From Candidatus Campbellbacteria bacterium RIFOXYC2_FULL_35_25 (GTDB taxonomy: Bacteria; Patescibacteriota; Minisyncoccia; Phycocordibacterales; UBA12079), in NCBI GenBank assembly GCA_001774495.1, contig MFAE01000006.1, forward strand, positions 69,356 through 133,355: DNA of 64,000 nt. The letters are read 5' to 3'. The position numbers were made by a program, and so were the translations under genes. Positions 44,298-55,006 of this stretch are shown piece after piece (within the stretch, counting starts at the first letter, position 1; each line of letters starts with the position of its first letter). The notes under the pieces were generated by a model. It was not told where the DNA came from. It saw only the letters and a list, made by a program, of their open reading frames with translations, and made no database searches.

Positions 44298-45053
44298 ATG
44301 AAAAAAATATTAACACCATTACTAATCTTTACCTTTCTTTTTTCTGGAATTGTAATTGCATCAGCTGATGAAGACATTGCTTCAACAACAGAAGGAACTA
44401 CTGCCACAACGAAAAGAGAAGAGATTCAAAATAGAAACATAGAAAAAAGAGACGGAGTAAGAGAAAAATATGAAGAAAGACTAAGCGAGATAAAAGAAAA
44501 ACAACAAGAAAAGAAAGAAGAAATTCAAAACAGAATCGCCTCAACCACAGAAAAAATGGCTGAGAAAAAAGAGCAAATTGAAACTAGAAAAGCATCAACC
44601 ACAGAAAAAATTGCAGAAAGAAAAGAAAAATTAAAAGAAAAACAACGCGAGATAGTTCAAAATCATGTAAATAGAATAGTTGATAGGTTCAACAAATTCT
44701 TAGAAAATCTTGGAAAAGTTAATGAGAAACTAGCAGCGAGAATAGAAAAAATGGAAGAAAAAGGATTTGATATGGCAAACTCTAAATCATTAATGACAGA
44801 AGTACCCACAAAGGTTACCCAAGCTCAAGAAGAAATTGCGATACTAAAAGAATCTCTAGAAACAGCACTGGACTCCGATGAACCAAAAAATCTTTTCGAA
44901 ATCTCTAAAGAATTTATAGAATCAGCAAGAGACAGTATAAAAGAAGTACATGCAAGTTTGGTTGAGGTCATAAAAGCAATAAAAGCTTCTACAAAAACAA
45001 ACCAAGGGACAACTGAATCTGAAGAAACAGCTACAACAACAGAGTCTAATTAA
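44298..45053 (+). CDS. secreted coiled-coil protein
   Basis: Signal peptide followed by heptad-rich, K/E-rich sequence. Confidence 0.4.
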   Translation: MKKILTPLLIFTFLFSGIVIASADEDIASTTEGTTATTKREEIQNRNIEKRDGVREKYEERLSEIKEKQQEKKEEIQNRIASTTEKMAEKKEQIETRKASTTEKIAERKEKLKEKQREIVQNHVNRIVDRFNKFLENLGKVNEKLAARIEKMEEKGFDMANSKSLMTEVPTKVTQAQEEIAILKESLETALDSDEPKNLFEISKEFIESARDSIKEVHASLVEVIKAIKASTKTNQGTTESEETATTTESN

Positions 45054-45081
45054 AAATATTAATCATTAATTAAAAAATATT

Positions 45082-45396
45082 ATGGAAGAAACAAATATGG
45101 ACATGGGAAATCCTACAGAATCAACACAGGAAAATCCTGTAGAAAAAACAGAAAAATCAACAGGATCAATCGTAGGAATAATTATCGTTGTTATTATTCT
45201 TCTTTTAGGAGCATTTTACTTCTGGGGACAAAGATTGGATAAAGTAGAGAATGGAGGAGAAGAGACAACAACAGTAATAATAGACACAACAGCAGACGAA
45301 GTTGTTGACATTGAAGCAGACTTGGGAAATTTAGAAAATAATGTTGATGATTTAGGCGCTGAAATAGATGCAATACAAGCAGAATTGAACCAATAA
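45082..45396 (+). CDS. small membrane protein
   Basis: One TM segment (IVGIIIVVIILLLGAFYFW) and an acidic C-terminus. Terminator at 45414-45452. Confidence 0.35.
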   Translation: MEETNMDMGNPTESTQENPVEKTEKSTGSIVGIIIVVIILLLGAFYFWGQRLDKVENGGEETTTVIIDTTADEVVDIEADLGNLENNVDDLGAEIDAIQAELNQ

Positions 45397-45479
45397 TTCT
45401 CTGTGTAGTATAAAATAAAAGACCGTGTATTCTATACACGGCCTTTTATTTTACTTATTTAGTGTTATTGGACTTTTAA

Positions 45480-46260
45480 GCATTACCCGAGTACCCGAGG
45501 CAAGGCCTCGAGGCCTTGCCTCGGGTGAATAAAACTATATAATATAAACATGGGAATTAGAAATATAATATTTTCGGAAGGAGAATTTTATCATATTTAT
45601 AATAGGGGTACTGATAAAAGAATTATTTTTGACGAGAAAAGAGATTATCTTCGCTTTATAACCTTACTTTATCTTTGTAATAATACTGAAAAAATCCACA
45701 TAAATGAGTATGCTAAAAAAGGGTTTAATTTACTGTCTCTTTTAAAAGTACAGAAGGAAAACACATTAGTCGAAATCGGGGCCTATTGCTTAATGCCGAA
45801 CCACTTTCATTTATTAATTCGTGAAAAAGTTGAAGGTGGTATTAGTAATTTTATGCAAAAATTAGCAACAGCTTATTCTATGTATTACAACAGTAAGTAT
45901 CAAAGAACGGGTTCTTTGTTTGAAGGAAAATTTAAAGCTACTCATGTGGCTAAAGATAATTATTTAGAATATCTATTTGCATATATACATTTAAACCCTG
46001 TTAAACTAATTGATTCTAAATGGAAAGAAAATGGAATTAAAGATAAAAAGAAAACCAAAAAATTTTTAGAAAATTATGAATACTCCAGTTATTTAGATTT
46101 TATTGGTAAAAACAATAGAATTGAAGAGAAAATATTAGACGGAAAAAACTTTCCCAATTATTTTGAAACTTTCGAGGAATTTAATAAGTTTGTAGATGAG
46201 TGGTTGAGTTTTGAAGAAGAAAAGTAAGGCAAGGCCTTACAAATTAGTACGGTCCCCCTT
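45480..46260 (+). mobile_element. tnpA: IS200/IS605-family-like element (RAYT/Y1 HUH transposase) flanked by GC-rich hairpins
   Basis: CDS 45550-46227 (225 aa) carries HFHLLI (HUH) and catalytic-Tyr-region YIHLNPV motifs. Left hairpin cccgaggcaaggcc-tcga-ggccttgcctcggg at 45496-45527. Right hairpin aaggcaaggcctt at 46229-46244. Confidence 0.65.
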
Positions 46261-46532
46261 TACAAACTATTTGATATAATATATGATTTCACAAGAATTA
46301 TTGTTTTAAGACAAGGCTTTCTCAACCTTAACATGGAGAAATCGCATGCATGAATTAATAAGTATCGTAGCTATGAAATGACTAAGGGTAACCCAGCAAT
46401 AAATGTGGGTGATTCTACCCTCACACTTTTGTTTGCCACCATCGGAGGAATTACGGCTGTGTATGGGCTTGCTTTTTGTAGTTATCTACATAGAATTATC
46501 TCTCTATCAAAAAGAAACTGAGGTGAAAACAG

Positions 46533-46796
46533 GTGATAAATTCTATTCATGTTGAACATAAAAGGGTAAATTCTATTCATGTCGAACGTAAAGATGATGG
46601 GACTCATTACTCTTGGAAAAGTTCTCAGTTTTCAAAAGAGAAAGGAAAAGGAAATTATCTTCTCGAAGAAATGATTGATGATGCATTGTTCAGCCTTATT
46701 CAAGGTGAAGATGAAACTGAGTCTGCTTTTGAAAAGCGAGCCCAGCAAGAAGCCAGGAGCCGTGGCATCAAACATGTTCAAGGCCTTGATGATTAA
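46533..46796 (+). CDS. hypothetical protein in a GC-rich islet (contains a 27-nt tandem duplication)
   Basis: GTG start. INSIHVEHKR/VNSIHVERK is a direct repeat at both protein and DNA level. Terminator at 46800-46845. A possible additional 47-codon ORF lies at 46377-46520. Confidence 0.3.
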   Translation: MINSIHVEHKRVNSIHVERKDDGTHYSWKSSQFSKEKGKGNYLLEEMIDDALFSLIQGEDETESAFEKRAQQEARSRGIKHVQGLDD

Positions 46797-47034
46797 ACAG
46801 CCCGCCAATGAGGAAGCCCCTCGTTGAGCGGGTTTTCTTATTTAATCATTACACATTTTTTAGCTGAATTTTATTGTTCAAAGTAAGCTTAGCATATTTC
46901 ATTTCTACCAACTACTCACTACAAACTATCAACTAGGAATGGACTTTTAATTATGTTTTGTATAGTATGTAACTTATATTGCTAGATTAAACACTTTGAA
47001 TTATAGAGTTGTAATTCAAAATAAATAATAAAAT

Positions 47035-48120
47035 ATGGATAAAAAAATAGACGTAAAAATAGAAAAATTAAAAAATTCAGAGGTAGAAATAACCGGAGCA
47101 ATTCCTTTTGAAGAATTGGAAAAACATAGGGCTGAATCTATGAAAAGACTCGGTGAAAATATTTCAGTTGATGGATTCAGAAAAGGGCATGTACCAGAAA
47201 AAGTTATTGTAGAAAAAGTGGGAGAAATGTCGATTTTAAACGAAATGGCTGAAAAAGCTCTCCAAGCTTCTTATCTAGACATTCTTTTAATAAACAAAAT
47301 TGATGCTATTACCTCACCAGAAATAACAATAACAAAGTTGGCTCCTAATAACCCATTAGAATTTAAAATCAAAGTGGCTGTTATGCCAGAGATTAAACTA
47401 CCTGATTACAAAAAAATTGCTTTGAAGGAAAATAGTAAGAAAGAAGAAAAAATAGAAGTAACCGAGGAAGAAATCGCAAAAACAATCGAGCAAGTTATAA
47501 AAAACCAAAAACATATCAAACACGAACATGCTGAAGGAGAGGTTTGCGAAGAAGATGAAGAACAGGAAAACAAAGAGACGGAGAAACAAAAGAACACAGA
47601 AACAGAAGAACTGACTGATGAAATGGTAAAAAAACTAGGTGATTTTAAGGACGTGGAAGACTTTAAAGTTAAACTTAAAGAAAACATGTTGCAGGAAAAA
47701 ACTCGCCAGCAATCAGAGAAAAGAAGATTGGGCACACTAAGCGCAATTCAAAAAGAATCACAAATAGAATTACCAGAGATTCTTATAGAAGGCGAACTAA
47801 GAAAAATGTTAGCTGAAATGAGTGACAATATCTCAAGAATGGGACTTCAATTTGATAAGTATCTAGAACACATCAAAAAAACTGAGGATGATTTGAAAAA
47901 AGAATGGAGACCTGATGCAGAAAATAGAGTAAAAGGACAATTAGTCTTAAATGAAATATCAAAAGAAGAAAAAATACTCCCTAATGAAGAAGAGGCGAAG
48001 AAAAATATTGATGTTCTCATGAGCCAATATGAAAACGCAAAAAGAGAGAATGTCGAAATATATGTAAAAATGATGATGTCGAATGAAATGGTTTTTAAAT
48101 TACTAGAAGAACAAAAATAA
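47035..48120 (+). CDS. tig: trigger factor (short form)
   Basis: GFRKGHVP ribosome-binding motif; located upstream of clpP. Confidence 0.75.
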   Translation: MDKKIDVKIEKLKNSEVEITGAIPFEELEKHRAESMKRLGENISVDGFRKGHVPEKVIVEKVGEMSILNEMAEKALQASYLDILLINKIDAITSPEITITKLAPNNPLEFKIKVAVMPEIKLPDYKKIALKENSKKEEKIEVTEEEIAKTIEQVIKNQKHIKHEHAEGEVCEEDEEQENKETEKQKNTETEELTDEMVKKLGDFKDVEDFKVKLKENMLQEKTRQQSEKRRLGTLSAIQKESQIELPEILIEGELRKMLAEMSDNISRMGLQFDKYLEHIKKTEDDLKKEWRPDAENRVKGQLVLNEISKEEKILPNEEEAKKNIDVLMSQYENAKRENVEIYVKMMMSNEMVFKLLEEQK

Positions 48121-48408
48121 TTTTTCTTTACAATAAGAGTAGATTAACCTAGAAAAACACAAGCTCGAAAACACAAAAACCAAACAAAACACAAAAGCAA
48201 AAATCACCTCTCGGGGTGATTTTTGAATTAAAATTTAAATGGCTCACATATGTGAGCCCTTTAGGTGGCTTAAAATAAGGAGTTTTTAGGGTAAATTTAA
48301 TAATAAAGAAAACCCGCAAGGAACTGCCTTTGCAGGTTTTCCTTGCGGGTTTATAAAAATTAGAAACAGAAAAGTTATCAAAACCTTTTCCAAAATTTTA
48401 CAAATTTC

Positions 48409-48819
48409 TTAAATTTTCTTTAGTTTTTCTTTTTTTAAAAAATCTCTAATCGAGCTCGCCGAAAAAAACACCTTTTCCCTTACTGACTCAACCTTAATTC
48501 CAAGCCTTGGGAGCCAATCCGAGACGACGTGAGCAAAACTACTGTGGACAATTATCTTATTACCGGCAACGCCCACCTTTTGTCCCTGATTATCTCGATA
48601 ATAAAGATTCTCAAAACAAATAGTTCCCTCTATTTGATTATGCCGAACAACGCCATAACGGTTTTGTCCGCCTAAAGGCACAGAGGCCCTTAGATTTATT
48701 AACTTATCAAATATAGTAACCTCATCAGAGTCTGTTAAAAAAACAAACATAGTAATCGTTTCCATAGCCTTCCTCCCTTTGTTAAAAAAATAATTAAACC
48801 TGGTGGTTGAAAATTCCAC
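48409..48819 (-). CDS. hypothetical protein
   Basis: Track ORF only; no recognisable motif and start uncertain. Confidence 0.3.
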   Translation of the reverse strand: MEFSTTRFNYFFNKGRKAMETITMFVFLTDSDEVTIFDKLINLRASVPLGGQNRYGVVRHNQIEGTICFENLYYRDNQGQKVGVAGNKIIVHSSFAHVVSDWLPRLGIKVESVREKVFFSASSIRDFLKKEKLKKI

Positions 48820-48993
48820 TTTTAAGAATAATACAACAACACCAATAAGTCAAGTCTTTATAAAACACCTCAAAACTGTTATATTTCTACTATCATTATT
48901 AAAGATTCTGGATTGCTTCACTTCGTTCGCAAAGACGACTCACAAAAAAAATTCGTTACTTTCAACTTTATAAACTTTTAACTTTAAACTATT

Positions 48994-49581
48994 ATGCTTA
49001 TTCCAACAGTTATAGAAAAATCACAATTTGGAGAAAGAGCTTATGATATCTACTCTCGCCTGCTTCGAGACCGTATTATTTTTGTCGGAGGTCCAATTGA
49101 TGACTACATGGCAAATATTGTTATTGCTCAACTTCTTTTCCTTGAGTCAGAAGATGCAAAGAAAGATATTACTCTTTATGTAAATTCCCCAGGAGGTCAA
49201 ATTCAAGCAGGGTTGGCTATTATCGACGCAATGAACCATATTAAACCGGATGTTGCCACTGTGTGTATGGGTATGTCTGCTTCAATGGGAGCTGTGATAC
49301 TTTCTCAGGGAACAAAAGGAAAAAGATATATCCTACCAAACGCTGAGGTAATGATTCATCAACCTCTTACTGGTGTTGAAGGACAAGCATCAGATATTGA
49401 GATTACAGCTAAACACATTATCTCCTTAAAAAATAAACTTTATGAAATAATGGCAAAGGCAACAGGAAAAACCAAGGATCAAATTGAAAAAGATGGCGAT
49501 AGAGATTACTGGATGTCAGCTGATGAGGCAAAGAAATACGGGATTGTTGACCAAGTCCTAAAACCGAAGCCAAAAAAATAA
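48994..49581 (+). CDS. clpP: ATP-dependent Clp protease proteolytic subunit
   Basis: Catalytic region [11 protein letters not shown] and IHQP. Terminator at 49590-49620. Confidence 0.92.
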   Translation: MLIPTVIEKSQFGERAYDIYSRLLRDRIIFVGGPIDDYMANIVIAQLLFLESEDAKKDITLYVNSPGGQIQAGLAIIDAMNHIKPDVATVCMGMSASMGAVILSQGTKGKRYILPNAEVMIHQPLTGVEGQASDIEITAKHIISLKNKLYEIMAKATGKTKDQIEKDGDRDYWMSADEAKKYGIVDQVLKPKPKK

Positions 49582-49735
49582 ACTAAAAAGCATCGCCCAG
49601 GCGATGCTTTTTTAGTTTACTTTTTTGACTTAGTTTTTAGTCTTTAGTTTATAGTTTTTAGGAAAACAAAAAGAAAAACCGTTGCTGTAAAATACCAGCA
49701 ACGGCTTTTACGATGGACAATAACAGCGACGACCA

Positions 49736-49999
49736 CTATCTTTTAAATTTATACCTTACAAAGATGTAAACTAAAGAAAAAAGAAAACCTATAGGGAAAT
49801 AAGGCGCTAACAAATGAATATCCGAACTGCGAGATACAAAAGCCTTTGCTCCAACCGTAAAAATTCCACCAATAAACGCAATCAGGAAAAGTTCCAGAAC
49901 CCTACCTACAATTCTATTTATATTGATCATAAAAAATCTCCTCAAAATTAAATTCTTAATGAATTTATGATCCCCTCTTTCTAGTAGAAAATTTAACAT
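49736..49999 (-). CDS. small hypothetical membrane protein
   Basis: Two TM segments. Terminator hairpin at 49676-49712. Confidence 0.3.
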   Translation of the reverse strand: MLNFLLERGDHKFIKNLILRRFFMININRIVGRVLELFLIAFIGGIFTVGAKAFVSRSSDIHLLAPYFPIGFLFSLVYIFVRYKFKR

Positions 50000-50174
50000 A
50001 AATATAAATACAATGTCAACCCTTTATACTTCCCTTTAAAATTGGTAAGATTTTGATTAGTTATTATTAACTGGATTGCTTCGCTTAACAGCCCACAAAG
50101 ACTAATTTTAACTTCGTTAAAATTAGTTCATCGTTGCTGTAAACTGTAAGCTGTTAGCTATAAACTCAAAAAAT

Positions 50175-51110
50175 ATGAAATATATTATTGGTCACACTAA
50201 CCCCGACACTGATACCATCTGCTCCGCAATTGTCTATCAAGACTTTTTAAGTCAGAAAGGTGTTGAATCTAAAGCCCTCTCCTTAGGTCATTTGAACAAC
50301 GAAACAAAATTTATTTTTGAAAAATTTGGTATTACTGCGCCAGACCATGTCCACGAACTTCCCCATGGCTCTGAAATTATTCTTCTTGACCACAACGAAG
50401 AAAAACAAAGTATCAAAAATATTAACGATTTAGATATTGTTGAGATTATTGACCATCATAAAGTAAAAATTGAAACGGACAAACCTATTTCCATCTTGGT
50501 TAAACCACTCGGATCATCATGTTCAATTATTGCAGAAAAATATTTTGAAAAGTTGGGTGTCGGACACCCAACTTTATTAAAAACTAATGCGATTCTACTT
50601 ATTGCTGGAATACTTTCCGACACTTTGTTTTTCCGCTCACCCACCACAACTCAAACAGATAAAGACCTGGTTGAAAAATTAAATGAAATTGCTCAAATAG
50701 AAGATTTAGAAAAATTTAGTTTAGAAATGTTTAATGCTAAAAGCGATTTAGGAGAAATGCCTATTGAAGAAGTCATAAAATTGGATTACAAGGTTTTTGA
50801 TTTTGGCGGTAAAAATTACGGAATCGGGGTAATGGAAACTACCCATAAAGACTACGGAATAAATAGAAAAGAAGAAATCGTCGCAAAGATGAAAGAAATT
50901 AAAGAAAAAGACGCTTTGGCAGGAATTTTCTTTTCAATTATTGATATTTTAAATGAAGAGAATTACACGATTACTCCAGGGGAGGAAGAATCTGCATTAT
51001 TTACAAAAATCTTCAACGCAGAAAACCAAAACGGTATTTTGTTTGTAGACAATCTAATCTCAAGAAAAAAACAAATTGTACCGAAGTTTGAGGAATATTT
51101 CAAAAATTAA
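50175..51110 (+). CDS. ppaC: manganese-dependent inorganic pyrophosphatase (family II, DHH-DHHA2)
   Basis: GHTNPDTDTICSAIVY, LDHNE, IIDHH and SRKKQIVPKF align closely with Bacillus PpaC. Confidence 0.85.
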   Translation: MKYIIGHTNPDTDTICSAIVYQDFLSQKGVESKALSLGHLNNETKFIFEKFGITAPDHVHELPHGSEIILLDHNEEKQSIKNINDLDIVEIIDHHKVKIETDKPISILVKPLGSSCSIIAEKYFEKLGVGHPTLLKTNAILLIAGILSDTLFFRSPTTTQTDKDLVEKLNEIAQIEDLEKFSLEMFNAKSDLGEMPIEEVIKLDYKVFDFGGKNYGIGVMETTHKDYGINRKEEIVAKMKEIKEKDALAGIFFSIIDILNEENYTITPGEEESALFTKIFNAENQNGILFVDNLISRKKQIVPKFEEYFKN

Positions 51111-51419
51111 ATTAAAAAAGGAAAGGAGAGGTAAGTTATTTTAATACTTCGATGTAAAAACAGTAGGTTTTGGTTAGCAAATCCACTGTTTTTTAAATCC
51201 TAATTCTTGAATCTTGAATCTTTTCAAAAATTGGACAATTTTTGAGCGAAAGTGTATTATTTAATTATTATTGAAAAATTAATTAAATAATCCTGTTTAA
51301 GTAGAGTTTGATTGAATTTACGGAATAAACTATGATAAAAAATACTATATTAAAGAATAAAGATATAAATATTTTGGGGAACCTCTAAAAAACCTCTATT
51401 TTAAGCGGGCTAAACGCTT

Positions 51420-52952
51420 ATGGGACAATTACAAATATTAGTACTTTTCACGGGGCTGGCAGGTCTTGTGGGGATTGCTTTAGGGTATTTTATAAGATGG
51501 GCACTTACTTTTGGAAAAAAGGGCTCGGCTGAACTAAAAATTCAGCAAATGTTATTAGACGGAGAAAAAGACGCAAAAAAGATACTTGTTGAAGCAGAAA
51601 AAAAAGTAGAAGAAATAAGAGTAAAAGCAAAAGAAGAAGAAAAAGAGAAGGAAATCCAGTCAAAGAAAACAGAAGAAAGATTGATAAAAAAAGAAGAATT
51701 GTTGGATAAGAGGCAGATTGATATAAAGAAAGAAGAAGAGGAAGTGAAGAAAATAAAAGAAGAACTAGAAAAAAACAAAGAAGAATTAGAGAAAACCAAA
51801 AAAGAAGAAGAAGAAAAATTACAAAAAATAGCCGGGTTAAACAAAGAAGACGCTAAGAATCTTCTTTTAGAAACAATCGAAAAAAATAGTGAGGAAGACC
51901 TTGCTGTTAGAATCCAAAAGCTAGAAATTTTTGGAGAAGAAAAGCTCGAGAGAAAAGCTCGGGATATTCTGGTTTCAGCCATTCATAGAATGGGTAATTC
52001 TGTTGCCTCAGATGTTCTTTCAACAACTATTTCTATTCCTTCAGATGATATTAAAGGAAAAATTATTGGTAAAGAAGGAAAAAATATTCGAGCTTTTGAA
52101 AAAGAGACTGGGGTTGAGTTGATTGTTGATGATACGCCTGGCGCTATTACTATATCTTCTTTTGACCCGATACGTCGTCAAATAGCCAGAATTGCACTAG
52201 AAGACTTAATCATAGACGGAAGAATACAACCAGCCAGAATCGAAAAATTTGTTGAAGACGCAAAAGAAAAAGTAAACAAAACAATTAAAGAAAAAGGTGA
52301 ACAGGCTGTATATGAATGTGGTATTTATAACCTTGATCCTAGAATTATTTCTATTTTAGGGAGACTTCATTTCAGAACAAGTTATGGGCAAAATGTATTG
52401 CAACACTCCATAGAAATGTCACATATTGCTGGTATTTTGGCTCAAGAGCTTGGAGCTAATGTTGAAATAGCAAAGACCGGAGCCTTGGTGCACGATATAG
52501 GAAAAGCTGTTGATCATGAAATACAAGGAACCCACGCAGAAATAGGAAAAAGGATTCTTCAAAAATTTGGATCAAACGAAGATATTATCAAAGCGATGGA
52601 ATCTCACCACGGAGAAACTCCTTTCCAAAGTATTGAGGCAGTAATCGTTCAAGTAGCTGATTCTATTTCAGGAGGACGCCCAGGAGCGAGAAGAGATACT
52701 GTAGAAAACTACCTAAAGAGATTAGAAGAATTAGAGTCAATCGCCAACTCTTTTGAAGGAATAGACAAAGCTTATGCCCTACAAGCAGGGAGAGAAATAA
52801 GAATCTTTGTTAGACCTGATGATATTTCGGACGTTGAGGCTAAAAAACTAGCTCGTGAAATTGCCTTGAAGATAGAAAAGGATTTGAAGTATCCGGGGGA
52901 GATTAAGGTTAATGTAATTCGTGAGACTAAAGTCATAGAATACGCTAGGTAA
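51420..52952 (+). CDS. rny: ribonuclease Y
   Basis: N-terminal TM, coiled coil, KH domain (GKIIGKEGKNIRAFE) and HD domain (LVHDIGKA). Confidence 0.88.
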   Translation: MGQLQILVLFTGLAGLVGIALGYFIRWALTFGKKGSAELKIQQMLLDGEKDAKKILVEAEKKVEEIRVKAKEEEKEKEIQSKKTEERLIKKEELLDKRQIDIKKEEEEVKKIKEELEKNKEELEKTKKEEEEKLQKIAGLNKEDAKNLLLETIEKNSEEDLAVRIQKLEIFGEEKLERKARDILVSAIHRMGNSVASDVLSTTISIPSDDIKGKIIGKEGKNIRAFEKETGVELIVDDTPGAITISSFDPIRRQIARIALEDLIIDGRIQPARIEKFVEDAKEKVNKTIKEKGEQAVYECGIYNLDPRIISILGRLHFRTSYGQNVLQHSIEMSHIAGILAQELGANVEIAKTGALVHDIGKAVDHEIQGTHAEIGKRILQKFGSNEDIIKAMESHHGETPFQSIEAVIVQVADSISGGRPGARRDTVENYLKRLEELESIANSFEGIDKAYALQAGREIRIFVRPDDISDVEAKKLAREIALKIEKDLKYPGEIKVNVIRETKVIEYAR

Positions 52953-53091
52953 TTTTAAATTTGACGCGTAACTTCGTCGATTTCCAAAAAATCCCTCTCG
53001 CCGTAACAGATTTACGGCTCAAGGGATTTTTTGTTATCTCCTTGTTCTGCATTCAAATTTTAAATCACCTATTAGTATTAATAGGGAAAAG

Positions 53092-53200
53092 CCGGTTTGC
53101 CTTAGCAAACCGGCTTTTTAATAAAAAAATCCCCGAACAGATAAACAAATCTGTTCGGGGATTTGGGCAAGAAGGGTTTAAATCTTCTTGCCCAAATTTT
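53092..53200. terminator. cluster of three hairpins after rny
   Basis: ccggtttgc-cttag-gcaaaccgg; tccccgaacagat-aaacaa-atctgttcgggga; gggcaagaag-ggtttaaa-tcttcttgccc. Confidence 0.5.
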
Positions 53201-53550
53201 TACAACTCTACATTAATCATTTCAACTAATTTTTGAGTAATTTCTTCCGCGTATTCTTCCGTGATCCAAGGGCTCTTATTTGTTTTTTTTGCCAACTCAG
53301 TAATCATATTGTAATTAATCTGAAACGATCCCTTATAACAACCCTTGGAAGAAAGATGCACACGAATTTGAATATCTCGAGGGAAAGAAGGGACACAAGA
53401 TCTTAATCCACCCCTTCTTTTTGCGGCAAAGAATTCTATGAATTCTTCTCCCTTGAGACTCTCTTCTTTTGACCTATTATCTATTTCAACAACTAAAACT
53501 CCAGTGCCAAGACAATAGCATTCTTTAATTTCGCTTTTTTCGGTGCTCAT
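53200..53550 (-). CDS. hypothetical protein
   Basis: Track ORF of 116 aa, flanked by near-identical gggcaagaag...cttcttgccc hairpins at 53169-53200 and 53632-53662. Confidence 0.3.
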   Translation of the reverse strand: MSTEKSEIKECYCLGTGVLVVEIDNRSKEESLKGEEFIEFFAAKRRGGLRSCVPSFPRDIQIRVHLSSKGCYKGSFQINYNMITELAKKTNKSPWITEEYAEEITQKLVEMINVEL

Positions 53551-53679
53551 CTTTTCTCTCCTCTTTTAAATGATTAAATTTTAAAGAAATAAACTTCTAC
53601 AAAACTACAAATCATTTATAGTCTTGATTGAAGGGGCAAGAAGGTTTTTAATCTTCTTGCCCTTAAACTACTTAATCAA

Positions 53680-53952
53680 TCATGCATTAAGCAGATTCTT
53701 GATGGCTGCAAGCTCATCAAGGGTAAGAATTAATGTTTGATTTGGAGTAATTATCCGGACCATTGCTTCCCCGTGACCGTGACTTTTACTCCAATTTCTC
53801 CAGTGGTCCAAATTCTCCAAATACGCAGCGCCTATCTCCCTTGACGGCCGACCAATAAGTCCAATAAGAGCATCTAATTGAATCTTCATAATATTCTCCT
53901 TGTTTTTTAATGATTGATTAAGTTTCAAAGGACTCCTTAACTTTCTAAACAT
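53680..53952 (-). CDS. hypothetical small protein
   Basis: Track ORF; likely starts at the internal MKIQLD. Confidence 0.3.
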   Translation of the reverse strand: MFRKLRSPLKLNQSLKNKENIMKIQLDALIGLIGRPSREIGAAYLENLDHWRNWSKSHGHGEAMVRIITPNQTLILTLDELAAIKNLLNA

Positions 53953-54038
53953 AGTTTAGCATATGTTGAATAATTTGTCAAGCTTTTTGTCGTAATTATA
54001 TATTATCTTATCTTTTTTCTAAGCCAAATTGTAATTTA

Positions 54039-54086
54039 GTTGTCAAAATTATTGACAACACTTTTTCAAATTGCTATACTACCCTT
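54039..54086 (+). promoter_or_regulatory. promoter TTGACA-N17-TATACT overlapped by a 21-bp palindromic operator
   Basis: GTTGTCAAAATTATTGACAAC at 54039-54059; -35 at 54052-54057; -10 at 54075-54080; ATG at 54087, so the transcript is leaderless. Confidence 0.55.
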
Positions 54087-54809
54087 ATGAAATTAGAAGA
54101 AGCTTTAAAAGAAATAGGTTTAAACGAAAAAGAGGCCAAAATATATTTGGCTGTATTAGAAATTGGCAGAGGAACAGTTCAATCAATTTCACAGAAAGCT
54201 GAAACAAAAAGACCTAATACATATGTAGTCTTAGAAGATCTAAGGAAGAAAGGTTTGGTGTCATTAATTAACGAATCAGAAAAAGTAACCTACACAGCTG
54301 AATCCCCTAAAAAAATATTAGAAGCCCAGCAAAAGAAAGAAAAAATTATGAAAGAGAATCTCCCTGAACTATTAGCCATTTTTAATACGCAAAAAGAAAA
54401 ACCTAAGGTTAGATTTTATGAAAGCGAAGATAGACTTGTTGACTTGTATGATGATATTTTCAAAAGTAAAAAGGTAGATATATTTGGTTCAATTAATTCT
54501 ATTAGTGCTAGTATATTAGATAAAATTTGGTGGAGCTTAGAAAAAGTAAGAAAAAATAAAATTGAAGTTAGAGAGGTTTTACAAGCAGATAAAGAATCGA
54601 TTGATTATGCAAAGAAATACTCCTCAGAAAACCATAAAATAAAAATTGCCCCAGAAAGTGTTATTTTTCCAAGTGATAACATTCTTTACGAAAACAAACT
54701 GGTTATCTTCTCTTATAAAGACATCCCAATGGCTGTAGTTATCGAAAGCGATGATGTCGCAACTACCTATAAAAGCATGTTCGAAATAATGTGGGGGAAT
54801 TTGGAGTAA
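54087..54809 (+). CDS. TrmB-family transcriptional regulator
   Basis: N-terminal winged HTH (LGLNEKEAKIYLAVLEIGRGTVQSISQKA) plus a C-terminal sugar-binding-like domain. Confidence 0.6.
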   Translation: MKLEEALKEIGLNEKEAKIYLAVLEIGRGTVQSISQKAETKRPNTYVVLEDLRKKGLVSLINESEKVTYTAESPKKILEAQQKKEKIMKENLPELLAIFNTQKEKPKVRFYESEDRLVDLYDDIFKSKKVDIFGSINSISASILDKIWWSLEKVRKNKIEVREVLQADKESIDYAKKYSSENHKIKIAPESVIFPSDNILYENKLVIFSYKDIPMAVVIESDDVATTYKSMFEIMWGNLE

Positions 54810-55006
54810 CTAAAAGGGGGGAAGTAAAATTTTGCGAATCACGACAAAGAAGATCGTCAAATTTGCTGTTATTAATAGGGTATTGCACAAAAAACGGTGT
54901 AATATATAATAGTTAGTATATTAGCTTATTAATAGGTCGTTTTTTATCAAAAATAAACTACTCTGAATTTTTTAAAAACTTAGAGTAATAATCAAAAATA
55001 AATAAT

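Noticed and set aside
47398-47735. Minus-strand ORFs inside tig, and the track ORFs at 51542-51982 inside rny
   Set aside because: They are low-complexity antisense translations of K/E-rich coding regions.
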